From: Thermodesulfobacteriota bacterium
GTDB taxonomy: Bacteria; Desulfobacterota_D; UBA1144; Nemesobacterales; Nemesobacteraceae
Length of the DNA stretch: 64,000 nt
Reading direction: 5' to 3'
NCBI GenBank assembly: GCA_965220925.1
Contig: OZ244851.1
Coordinates: 529,192-593,191, forward strand
Position numbers and translations under genes: made by a program. Below, piece after piece: positions 8,589 through 16,586 of the stretch. The notes beneath the pieces are model-generated. The model did not search any database and was not told the DNA's origin. It worked only from the letters and a program-made list of their open reading frames with translations. The stretch's first letter is position 1. Each line of letters begins with the position of its first letter.

Positions 8589-9923
8589 CTATTTTTCAAA
8601 CCGCTGCCTTTGATTCGGATGGTTCTCAAGAAAAGTATTGAGATGTCTGTCCGAATAAGATCCTTTCGGATAATACTCGTCGTAGAAATCCACGTCTATA
8701 TGCATCGCTTGAAAAACAAGCCTCATGTACATCGGGTCGACAAATGCCGGAAATCTTCCGTAAGTGTCGTAGATATAGTTCGCCACGTCTTTCACTATCT
8801 GTATGGTGGTTTCCGTAGGTTTAGGAGCTTTCATAAGATGCTTGTCGGGTTCGGTATACGGAAAAGGTTTATCCGATTCCCAAGCCTTCCATTTATGGGC
8901 CAAGAAAGAATCTATCGCTTCGTCCATATTCTTGTAATAAGGCGGACAGTAGGCTTCAAAAACTCCGTCCTTTCCGACCGGAACCGTGGCGGGAGGATCA
9001 ATTGAACCCTTCTTCGGCTGAATAAACCGGAAACCTAGTCCTTTGAAAAGGTTTGGAGCCGCTCCCATCGCGAAACGGGGAATAAAGCCGGTAAAAGCCC
9101 ACCCGGCAAGCCCCAGAGGTTGAAGAGCCAGAGCCATGTTCTGCGTAATAAACGCCTGTTCGACATTTAAGCCCGTTAGGATTCTTACCTCGAGATCAAA
9201 AAGCGAAAGTTTGATTTCATCCTTCAGCCTGCCTTGCTTAACCCACTTCTCAATACCGGCGGGCTTTCCGGTAAGATCATCTATAATCGTAAATCCGTAA
9301 GTGTGACTGCAGTAAAGAGTAAGTAGATTCAGATATTCTTCGGTAACGTCAGTTACGGGAACGAAAAGCGTGGTTCCGGGCTTGTTCGCGTTCCACTGGT
9401 TAAACTCGAAAAGTCCCGGCATCTTGTCGGGCATGTCGGCTCTTCCGTCCTCCAGTTTGTTGAGACTCTCTCTGTAGAGTTCGAGAATTCTCTCCGCTTT
9501 TTCTTCGCGCGAGAGCTGAAAGAAAAGATCCAACTCATGCTCCTTTGGAAGCATGTTTTTAACGTCCACATGATACAGCCCGTCGTCGTTTGTGAAGAAA
9601 AGCTCGGTTCCATGATTGTTGCACGCAGACGGCCAAGTCCTTCCAGTCCACTGGCAAAGAAGATCTATACCGTTTTCCGGAGGCAGGTCCGCAAGACAAA
9701 GCCCCGTGAGCCCGGTGCCCGCCCACACAAGCAACGCTTCCTCAATTTCGCTTAACGGCACGGGGTCGTATTTTGACTTGAATTCAAGCGTGCTGTCTTT
9801 AAGCTCCATACCGAGTCCAAATCTTCTTGAGCGTCTGTTGAATATGGAATCGAAAAGCGGATACTTAAGCGCTTCCTCGATTCTCTGGCTAAGAATCTGT
9901 CTATCGAGTTTGCCGTTTTTCAT
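8589..9923 (-). CDS. Uncharacterised nitroreductase-fold protein (paralogue A)
   Basis: IFNRRSRRF (FMN-phosphate RRSxRxF motif), TWPSA, QNMALALQPLGLAGW; colinear paralogue at 58083-59393. Confidence 0.65.
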   Translation of the reverse strand: MKNGKLDRQILSQRIEEALKYPLFDSIFNRRSRRFGLGMELKDSTLEFKSKYDPVPLSEIEEALLVWAGTGLTGLCLADLPPENGIDLLCQWTGRTWPSACNNHGTELFFTNDDGLYHVDVKNMLPKEHELDLFFQLSREEKAERILELYRESLNKLEDGRADMPDKMPGLFEFNQWNANKPGTTLFVPVTDVTEEYLNLLTLYCSHTYGFTIIDDLTGKPAGIEKWVKQGRLKDEIKLSLFDLEVRILTGLNVEQAFITQNMALALQPLGLAGWAFTGFIPRFAMGAAPNLFKGLGFRFIQPKKGSIDPPATVPVGKDGVFEAYCPPYYKNMDEAIDSFLAHKWKAWESDKPFPYTEPDKHLMKAPKPTETTIQIVKDVANYIYDTYGRFPAFVDPMYMRLVFQAMHIDVDFYDEYYPKGSYSDRHLNTFLENHPNQRQRFEK

Positions 9924-9972
9924 TCTTCAATCCCCCTGAGTTCGCTTAGATATTTATCAAGTATAACTAAAA

Positions 9973-10362
9973 TCAGACGACTTTTCCCTTCTCAAATTCC
10001 CTTGCCCAAGACTTAAGCGTCTCAAGCGCGAGTCTGCTGCATTTGGGCCGGGTTACCATTATGTCCTTACCCAATACGCGCTTTAGGTAATCGGAATCCA
10101 GTTCGTCCAATTTTTCTATGGTTTCGCCCTTTAAAAATTCCGTGAGCAGGGAAGTGGCGGCCTGACTTATGATACAGCCTTCCCCGTCAAAACTTATATT
10201 TTTTATAACTCCTCGATTATCTATCTCCATGTAAATGTTTATCGTGTCGCCGCAATTGGGATTACCGCCCCTGAGCGTCACCGTCGGAGAATCAAGAGCG
10301 CCGAAATTTCTCGGACTCTCGTAATGATCCATAATCATTTTCATTCTGTCTTCTTCAATCAT
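9973..10362 (-). CDS. sufU: SufU/IscU-type Fe-S scaffold / sulfur acceptor
   Basis: DHYESPRNFG, NPNCGD, GCIISQAA and RPKC (three conserved Cys). Confidence 0.85.
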   Translation of the reverse strand: MIEEDRMKMIMDHYESPRNFGALDSPTVTLRGGNPNCGDTINIYMEIDNRGVIKNISFDGEGCIISQAATSLLTEFLKGETIEKLDELDSDYLKRVLGKDIMVTRPKCSRLALETLKSWAREFEKGKVV

Positions 10363-10784
10363 GAAACCGCGCTTTGCTGTCTTACCTCGCTTTTTATTCT
10401 TGAGTAAACGGCGCTTAACCCCCTAACTCTTCTTATTCCCAGTTTCTGAGCGAGCCCGAGCCGGGTAAGAAGATCATGAGGCGCCGCTTCGATCTCGTTC
10501 GGACTTGTTCCGTTAAAAGCGGTCACGAGAATAGAGACCAAACCTCTCACGGTGGGCGATTCCTCCGGAACGTCGGCGAATATGCTTACTACTCCGTTTT
10601 GCACTTCAACCCATATGAAAACCGGCGTTTCGCATTCATACACTCTTTGCAGGTCTCTGTCCCTACATTCCAGAAGCCTCTTTGGAACTTCGGGAAGGCT
10701 CTCGGAATAATCCAGCAGAAGTTCAAGAGTTTCCTGGTAATCCGCTTCGGTGAAGTCTCTTACTATTTCCTCTATATCGGTCAT
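10359..10784 (-). CDS. sufE: SufE-family sulfur acceptor
   Basis: RVYECETPVF (conserved Cys), ESPTVRGLVSIL, LGL...RVRGL; ATGA-coupled to sufU. Confidence 0.85.
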   Translation of the reverse strand: MTDIEEIVRDFTEADYQETLELLLDYSESLPEVPKRLLECRDRDLQRVYECETPVFIWVEVQNGVVSIFADVPEESPTVRGLVSILVTAFNGTSPNEIEAAPHDLLTRLGLAQKLGIRRVRGLSAVYSRIKSEVRQQSAVS

Positions 10785-10797
10785 ATTCCCGTAATTC

Positions 10798-10834
10798 AAA
10801 AAAAAGGACGCAACTCCGCAAGAGCGCGTCCTTT
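10798..10834 (-). terminator. Intrinsic terminator between the sulfurtransferase and sufE
   Basis: Minus strand reads AAAGGACGC-loop-GCGTCCTTT followed by a U run. Confidence 0.6.
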
Positions 10835-10865
10835 CTCCCTTATTCATAAGAAAATGTTTTCGCTC

Positions 10866-11708
10866 TTACCTCTCTATCGGCGCCCTCACCATGTTGCCCC
10901 ACTCGGTCCAGGAACCGTCGTAATTTCTCACGTTCTTAAAGCCCAGAAGATAAGTAAGGACAAACCAAGTGTGAGAAGAACGTTCGCCTATTCTGCAATA
11001 AGCTATTACATCTTGCTCTTTTTCAAGCCCCTGTCCCTTTTCGTATATTTCGGCAAGTTCGTCTGCCGACTTGAAAGTTCCGTCCTCGTTTGCCGCAGTG
11101 GCCCACGGAACGTTTACCGCACCCGGAATATGTCCTCCTCGAAGCGCTCCTTCCTGAGGATAGGCCTCCATATGCAGAAGTTCTCCGGAATATTCCTTTG
11201 GGGAACGCACGTCGACAAGAGGTTTTGAAGACGTCATATGTTCCATGACGTCATTTCTAAAGGCCCTTATAGATTCGTCGACCGCCGCCACTTTGTAATT
11301 AGTCTTTGATCTCTGGGGGACGTCTTTCACCAAATCTCTCCCCTCTTCAGCCCATTTTTGCCTGCCTCCGTCCATTATAAGACATTTCTCATGTCCGAGG
11401 ACTTTGAAAGTCCAGAACGCGTAGCACGCCCACCAATTGCTTCTGTCTCCGTAGAAAACTACCGAGTGGTCATTGGAAATCCCTTTTTCGGAAAGAAGTT
11501 TCTCGAAATTCTCCTTACTCACATAGTCCCTTACGAGCTGATCCTGAAGTTCCGTCTGCCAATCCAATTTTATCGAATTTCTTATATGCCCTATTTCGTA
11601 AAGCAGTATATCCTCGTCCGATTCCACTATAACGACATCCGGATCATCAATATGTTTTTCCACCCAGTCAGTGCTTACAAGCACTTCCGGATTCGCGTAG
11701 TCCGCCAT
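10866..11708 (-). CDS. sseA: Two-domain thiosulfate sulfurtransferase (rhodanese, SseA/CysA type)
   Basis: LVSTDW, GHIPGA, active-site YCRIGERS and [10 protein letters not shown]; SD GGAGG before ATG 11708. Confidence 0.92.
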   Translation of the reverse strand: MADYANPEVLVSTDWVEKHIDDPDVVIVESDEDILLYEIGHIRNSIKLDWQTELQDQLVRDYVSKENFEKLLSEKGISNDHSVVFYGDRSNWWACYAFWTFKVLGHEKCLIMDGGRQKWAEEGRDLVKDVPQRSKTNYKVAAVDESIRAFRNDVMEHMTSSKPLVDVRSPKEYSGELLHMEAYPQEGALRGGHIPGAVNVPWATAANEDGTFKSADELAEIYEKGQGLEKEQDVIAYCRIGERSSHTWFVLTYLLGFKNVRNYDGSWTEWGNMVRAPIER

Positions 11709-11947
11709 TTGCGAAACCTCCATCGGTCGTACGTTCAGACCTTTTAAATTTTCGGGAAATTATAAATGCGAGAAAGCGGTTTTTCAAGAAAAAGCTTCCG
11801 CGTGTAGCGAGCAAGGCATATGGCCGGATTTAGAATAAGTGAGTTCTCCGGTTTGAAGAAAGAGGAGTTGACCTGATTTACCTTCTTCAGAAAGGAGGAA
11901 AAAGATATGGAACAGTCAAGATATCTTCCGACAACACCGAATGCCAC

Positions 11948-11976
11948 TTGCCCCCACCCCCTCAAAATGTTAGAAT
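11948..11976 (+). promoter_or_regulatory. sigma70 promoter of RTX lipoprotein 1
   Basis: TTGCCC-17-TAGAAT with TGn extension; a homologous promoter precedes the paralogue (40519-40548, minus strand). Confidence 0.55.
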
Positions 11977-12030
11977 TTTCTTAATCTAAGCAGTTCAAAC
12001 TTACATTAGTTCCTCTGGAGGATGATTAGA

Positions 12031-13974
12031 ATGAGAATCGTTAAGCTTTTTTTATTGGTTTTTGTTATGAGCGTCGCAGTAATCGGTCTTTCCGGTTGCA
12101 GCACGGGAGACGTGGGACCCGCGGGACCGAAGGGACCGCAAGGGCCACAAGGACCGCAGGGACCGGATACTGATCCGGGGTCTGGTGGAGGTAGTGGCGG
12201 TGGTGATGGCGGAGGTGACGGAGGCGGTGACGGTGGAGGTGACGGATCCGAACCGGGTGATACACCTTGCGAGAGTATTGACTACTGCAGAGCCGATTTC
12301 TCCTGCCAATTTGAAATATCCCAAAGAGCAAGCAAAGACTTTAACGGTGGTGACGGTGACGAATTTATATGCGGGGATGGGAGAGACAACGTGATTAACG
12401 CGAATTTGGGCGATGATTTTGTTTTCGCGGGAGCCGGAGACGATACGATAATCGCGGGAGCCGGAGACGACATTTTCTGCGGCGGAGAGGGAATAGACAC
12501 GATAACTTATCCTCTAAACACGGTTATAGGAGTCGGATTGCGAGTAGATTTGTCAAAGTGCGAGGAGCAAGACGACGGTGGTTACGGAAGAGACATTCTA
12601 AGGAATATAGAGAATATTAAAGGTTCTAACGAAGCCGACACTCTTACGGGCAACGACGCTGACAATCTCATAGAGGGATTTGAAGGAGAAGACACTCTCA
12701 TTGGCGGAGCGGGTAATGACAGACTTGAAGGCGGGGAAGGAGAAGACACTATAATGGGCGGGGAAGGAGATGATACTCTCCTCGGCGGTGACGGTGTTGA
12801 CAGACTTGAAGGCGGGGAAGGGGATGACATTCTTGATGGAGGAGGCGACGCCAACACACTTATAGGCGGTACCGGCGACGATCTTCTCAGAGATACGGGG
12901 ATTGCTCGTGGATCGTTTAGCGGTGGAGAAGGCATAGATACTTTAAGTTTCGAAGGTAGTACAACATGCTGTGGTCAGGGTTTAACTATACGTCTCCACT
13001 TTTTTGACTCAGTTGAAAATCTGATTGGTACAAATGATGAGACAGCATCAGGCCTCACCGATAGACTTCACGGCAGTGATGCTGACAATAGGATTGAAGG
13101 TCTTAAAGGAAATGATGGTCTTTATGGTAAAGCAGGAGACGACACTCTAGTCGGTGGACCCGGAGATGACGAGCTATACGCCGACGATGGCGACGACACG
13201 CTAATCGGTGGAGTCGGTAATGACGAGTTAAACGGCGGAAACGACAACGACACGTTAAACGGCGACGCCGGAGATGACACTCTAAACGGTGACAACGGAG
13301 ACGACACGTTAAACGGTGGAGAGGGCGACGACACGCTAAACGGTGGAAATGGCGACGACACGCTAATCGGCGGAGCCGGCAGTGATCGTCTTTATGGCAA
13401 CCTCGGCAACGACGTAATCAACGCGGTGGGTGGAGCGGAGGATACGGAGATAAACGGTGGAGCCGGTGACGATACTTTTTATCTGGATCCCCAAGATATC
13501 GCTAAAGTTACAGGTGCTGCAGGTGAAGGGACCGACACGGCAAGCTACGAGAAATACGAACTACCGGAAAACACTGATATGCCCGCTATTACCATAGGAG
13601 ACGGCGCGTCTATAGAACATGTTATCGGCAGCAACTACAATGACACGATAACTTTTACCAATACGAGCAATAAAGGTACCGCGGAAGCTCCGCTAACGAT
13701 AAACGGAGGACCGGGGGACGACAGCGTGGAAATTAGCGGAGATTCGGGGAACGTTACGTTCATAGTTAAGGCCGGAGAAGGTAACGACACGATAACGTCT
13801 GACTACAAGGCGGGATACAAGCTTAGCTTTGAGGGATTTCCCGCGGGAACGACAGCCGGTGTGGATAGTGTGGGGGGCAGTTACTTGGTACGAGTTGGGG
13901 ATCAGACGGTTAGGGTTAATACGTCTTCCTTAACCAATATGGACGCCTTCGGGGCCACTATCACGGTTAACTAA
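12031..13974 (+). CDS. Lipoprotein with collagen-like tract and RTX (hemolysin-type Ca2+-binding) repeats, copy 1
   Basis: Signal peptide with lipobox LSG|C, GPAGPKGPQGPQGPQGP, (GGGD)n linker and many GGxGxDxL nonapeptides; SD GGAGGA. Confidence 0.85.
   Translation: MRIVKLFLLVFVMSVAVIGLSGCSTGDVGPAGPKGPQGPQGPQGPDTDPGSGGGSGGGDGGGDGGGDGGGDGSEPGDTPCESIDYCRADFSCQFEISQRASKDFNGGDGDEFICGDGRDNVINANLGDDFVFAGAGDDTIIAGAGDDIFCGGEGIDTITYPLNTVIGVGLRVDLSKCEEQDDGGYGRDILRNIENIKGSNEADTLTGNDADNLIEGFEGEDTLIGGAGNDRLEGGEGEDTIMGGEGDDTLLGGDGVDRLEGGEGDDILDGGGDANTLIGGTGDDLLRDTGIARGSFSGGEGIDTLSFEGSTTCCGQGLTIRLHFFDSVENLIGTNDETASGLTDRLHGSDADNRIEGLKGNDGLYGKAGDDTLVGGPGDDELYADDGDDTLIGGVGNDELNGGNDNDTLNGDAGDDTLNGDNGDDTLNGGEGDDTLNGGNGDDTLIGGAGSDRLYGNLGNDVINAVGGAEDTEINGGAGDDTFYLDPQDIAKVTGAAGEGTDTASYEKYELPENTDMPAITIGDGASIEHVIGSNYNDTITFTNTSNKGTAEAPLTINGGPGDDSVEISGDSGNVTFIVKAGEGNDTITSDYKAGYKLSFEGFPAGTTAGVDSVGGSYLVRVGDQTVRVNTSSLTNMDAFGATITVN
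12085..12166 (+). repeat. 82-bp perfect inverted repeat, copy 1 (partner 40327-40408)
   Basis: Base-by-base identity with the reverse complement of 40327-40408. Confidence 0.95.
13138..13380 (+). repeat. 27-bp degenerate tandem repeats encoding RTX nonapeptides
   Basis: Repeated gacgacacg(c/t)taaacgg(c/t)gg units. Confidence 0.8.
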
Positions 13975-13996
13975 GCAGAGAAGCAGAAGACAGTTA

Positions 13997-14044
13997 AAAA
14001 CGCCGGTTCGGTTGCTCATACGAAATAACCGAGCCGGCGTTTTG
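13997..14044 (+). terminator. Intrinsic terminator of RTX lipoprotein 1
   Basis: AAAACGCCGGTTCGGTT-13nt-AACCGAGCCGGCGTTTT. Confidence 0.8.
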
Positions 14045-14333
14045 TATTAAGACCTTCGCTTCGCAGTAAGATCTCTACCTCTGAAAAGCAAACGAAGAAC
14101 TTCCGCGCGAACGCGCAAAGCGCGCGTTGGACAGTTCTTTGGGAAGAAAAACCGGGAAGGTTTTTGCGTACGCAGTTTGTGGATTTCTACGGGAGAGTTG
14201 GTAACGTGGGATCTCCACTGTTCGCGGCTTCGGAACCGAGCCTGGTTGGAAAGCAGTACCTTCTCAGCTTGATTTCCCCAAGCGATTCGGGATACTTTCC
14301 CAAACAGACAGTATTATATTGAGGAATATAAAA

Positions 14334-14558
14334 ATGTCGGAAACGGAAAACCAAGCAACAGAGAATAAGGAAGCGGAAGAAGTTTTGGAGCAGGAATCCG
14401 AATCGTCGGAAACTCCCGAGCTTTCGCCGGTAATCTGGTCCCAGAAGCGGGTTCCCAACATAGAAAAAGGATATAACCAAAGCATACCTTTCTACATGAT
14501 GGGAATTTTTGTCATTCTTATAATTCTGAGCTTGATTTTCGCCAAGCTCACCTCCTGA
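14334..14558 (+). CDS. Small acidic protein with C-terminal TM helix
   Basis: SD GAGG before ATG 14334; Glu-rich N-terminus and hydrophobic C-terminus. Confidence 0.6.
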   Translation: MSETENQATENKEAEEVLEQESESSETPELSPVIWSQKRVPNIEKGYNQSIPFYMMGIFVILIILSLIFAKLTS

Positions 14559-14587
14559 ATGCGAAACGCCATCACTCTTCGCAGGCA

Positions 14588-15073
14588 ATGAACGCTAGAA
14601 ATCAACACTCGCCAGTTGCGAAAAATCAGAAAGCTCTAAAAATAGTCTGGTTCGCTTTACTGATCGCCATATTCGCTTATACGGCCGTGGTCTTAGTCTT
14701 CGCTTCTCCCGAACCTCCGGAGATAAAGGAGAGCTTGAGAATCGCTTTTCTTCTTGTCGCGGCCGCGCTTGGAATAGTCTCATTTCTGATATACAGATTC
14801 AATCTTTGCGATAAGTCGCTTCGAAAGAGATTCACCCGCATTCAAAGTCTGGAAGCGGAAAAGCGGCTTGAAGAGCTTTCAAGCGGATTTTTGCTTCCCC
14901 ACGTGATTCCATGGGGAATAAACGAATGCATAGTTCTTACCGGCTTTATATTGGCGTTTATAACAAAAGAACCCGAAAGCATAATTCCCTTTTCCGTAAC
15001 GGCAACGCTGCTGCATTTATACATGTACCCCAGATTGGACGAACTTGTTAGAAAAACAGAGAAGGGGTCTTAG
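14588..15073 (+). CDS. Hypothetical membrane protein (~4 TM)
   Basis: Four hydrophobic segments; fills the gap before the convergent tmk. Confidence 0.7.
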   Translation: MNARNQHSPVAKNQKALKIVWFALLIAIFAYTAVVLVFASPEPPEIKESLRIAFLLVAAALGIVSFLIYRFNLCDKSLRKRFTRIQSLEAEKRLEELSSGFLLPHVIPWGINECIVLTGFILAFITKEPESIIPFSVTATLLHLYMYPRLDELVRKTEKGS

Positions 15074-15081
15074 AAAGCGTT

Positions 15082-15687
15082 TTATTTGAAAAAAGGTCTT
15101 ATCTTCAAGTGAACCTCTTCAGGGGACGCCGACGCTTCTATCACCTTCATCCTGGAAAGCCCTTTTTTCAGCAATTCCCGATATCCTTCGTCTATTTTGG
15201 CGTGAAACGGAAGGGACTCTTCGTCAATTTTTGAACTCTCCCGTCGGCTTTTAAGCCTTGAAAAAGCATCTTCAACCGGAATTTCAAGGACGAAAGTAAT
15301 ATCAGGTTCCACCCCCAGGCTTGAGGCAAGCGCCATGCGGGAGACCAAGTCCGGGTCAAGGCCTCTTCCAAAACCTTGGTAAACCAAAGTCGAATCATAG
15401 TATCTGTCGCAAATAACGGTAAAACCGTCTTCTAGTTTCGGCAGTATCAGTTCTCTTACGTGCTGGACCCTATCGGCACAGAAAAGACAAAGTTCAGTGA
15501 AGGGGTCTATTTCAACATCCCTTCTATCGAGAATGAAAGTTCGGATGCTTTGACCAAGTTCACCCCAGCCGGGTTCCCTGGTTAAAATCACTTTCTCCCC
15601 CTTGGAACTTAAGTAGTCTTCAAGAAGCTTCGCCTGGGTAGATTTGCCGCTTCCTTCTATTCCTTCAAATGTAATAAATCTGTTCAT
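15082..15687 (-). CDS. tmk: Thymidylate kinase
   Basis: FITFEGIEGSGKSTQ, TREPG and VICDRY..STLVYQG. Confidence 0.96.
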   Translation of the reverse strand: MNRFITFEGIEGSGKSTQAKLLEDYLSSKGEKVILTREPGWGELGQSIRTFILDRRDVEIDPFTELCLFCADRVQHVRELILPKLEDGFTVICDRYYDSTLVYQGFGRGLDPDLVSRMALASSLGVEPDITFVLEIPVEDAFSRLKSRRESSKIDEESLPFHAKIDEGYRELLKKGLSRMKVIEASASPEEVHLKIRPFFK

Positions 15688-15690
15688 GTG

Positions 15691-16440
15691 TCACTTCTCG
15701 GCGACTTGTTTGGAATTATCGGGGAAAAGTTTAGTTATTCTACGAAGCCCTTTTATCTCCACCGAAGTGAGGTCACGCCATTTGCCTCTGGCAAGTTCGC
15801 CGAGACGTACGTTGCCGCAGGAAACTCTGTTTAGCAGAGTAACCCGAAGATTAAAAGTCTCAAAATATCTTTTTACCAAGTGCTTTCTACCTTCGTGAAA
15901 GGAAATACTCACCCGCGCGCTCTTTGCAGATGTTCTAATAACACTTACCGAATCCGGCATGGTGAACCGTCTTTCCACTTCCGCGCCTCTTTTGAGTTTT
16001 TCTTCAAAATCGACGGGAATATCCCCCGAGATTTCAACGATATAGGTCTTTACCACCATGTATTTGGGGTGATGTATTCTGTTTGCCAGTTCTCCGTCGT
16101 TTGTAAGAAGCAGAAGTCCCGCCGAATCGTAGTCAAGCCTTCCTACCGGATAAACCCTCTGCTCTACGTCTCGTAAAAAGGATGTTATGGTTTTTTTTCC
16201 ATTCTCCATAGATTTAAGAGACGTGAGGTAAAAACGGGGCTTGTTGAGCATTATGTATCTTTTTTTCTCCGCAACGACGGGTTTTCCGTCAAGAAGTACC
16301 GTATCGGAAAACTCGTCCACCACGGAACCGAGAGCACACACCACCTCTCCGTTTACGGTGATTCTTCCCGATTTTATGAGGTTGTCCGCCTTTCTTCTCG
16401 ACGTTACTCCGCATTTGGAAAGAAATTTGTTAAGTCTCAT
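15691..16440 (-). CDS. rluB: rRNA pseudouridine synthase (RsuA/RluB family)
   Basis: S4 domain (MRLNKFL..GVTSRRKAD) and PVGRLDYDSAGLLLLTNDG. Confidence 0.85.
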   Translation of the reverse strand: MRLNKFLSKCGVTSRRKADNLIKSGRITVNGEVVCALGSVVDEFSDTVLLDGKPVVAEKKRYIMLNKPRFYLTSLKSMENGKKTITSFLRDVEQRVYPVGRLDYDSAGLLLLTNDGELANRIHHPKYMVVKTYIVEISGDIPVDFEEKLKRGAEVERRFTMPDSVSVIRTSAKSARVSISFHEGRKHLVKRYFETFNLRVTLLNRVSCGNVRLGELARGKWRDLTSVEIKGLRRITKLFPDNSKQVAEK

Positions 16441-16586
16441 CCCATCAGAATATCAAAAAACCAAACTTTTTTATATCCGAAAGACTCAATTCGGCGGAAA
16501 TAAAGTGGCTTTCTCACATCGCGCGATTCGGCATGTTTTCGGCCGCCGATTTCGCAGGAAACGGGAATTATCCTAATTTCGCCGTT

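Noticed and set aside
10476-11228. 250-aa plus-strand ORF
   Set aside because: Antisense to sufE/sseA, which carry clear motifs.
13138-13380. 27-bp periodic repeats as a possible CRISPR array
   Set aside because: In-frame coding repeats with no unique spacers and no cas genes.
13750-13974. RTX paralogue C-termini as a DGR template/variable repeat pair
   Set aside because: Differences are not adenine-specific, both copies are full genes, and no reverse transcriptase is present.
14190-14279. Minus-strand CCAGG...AGCCGC as SRP RNA (ffs)
   Set aside because: Loop is GUUC rather than GNRA, AGCA is not conserved, and pairing on that strand is poor.
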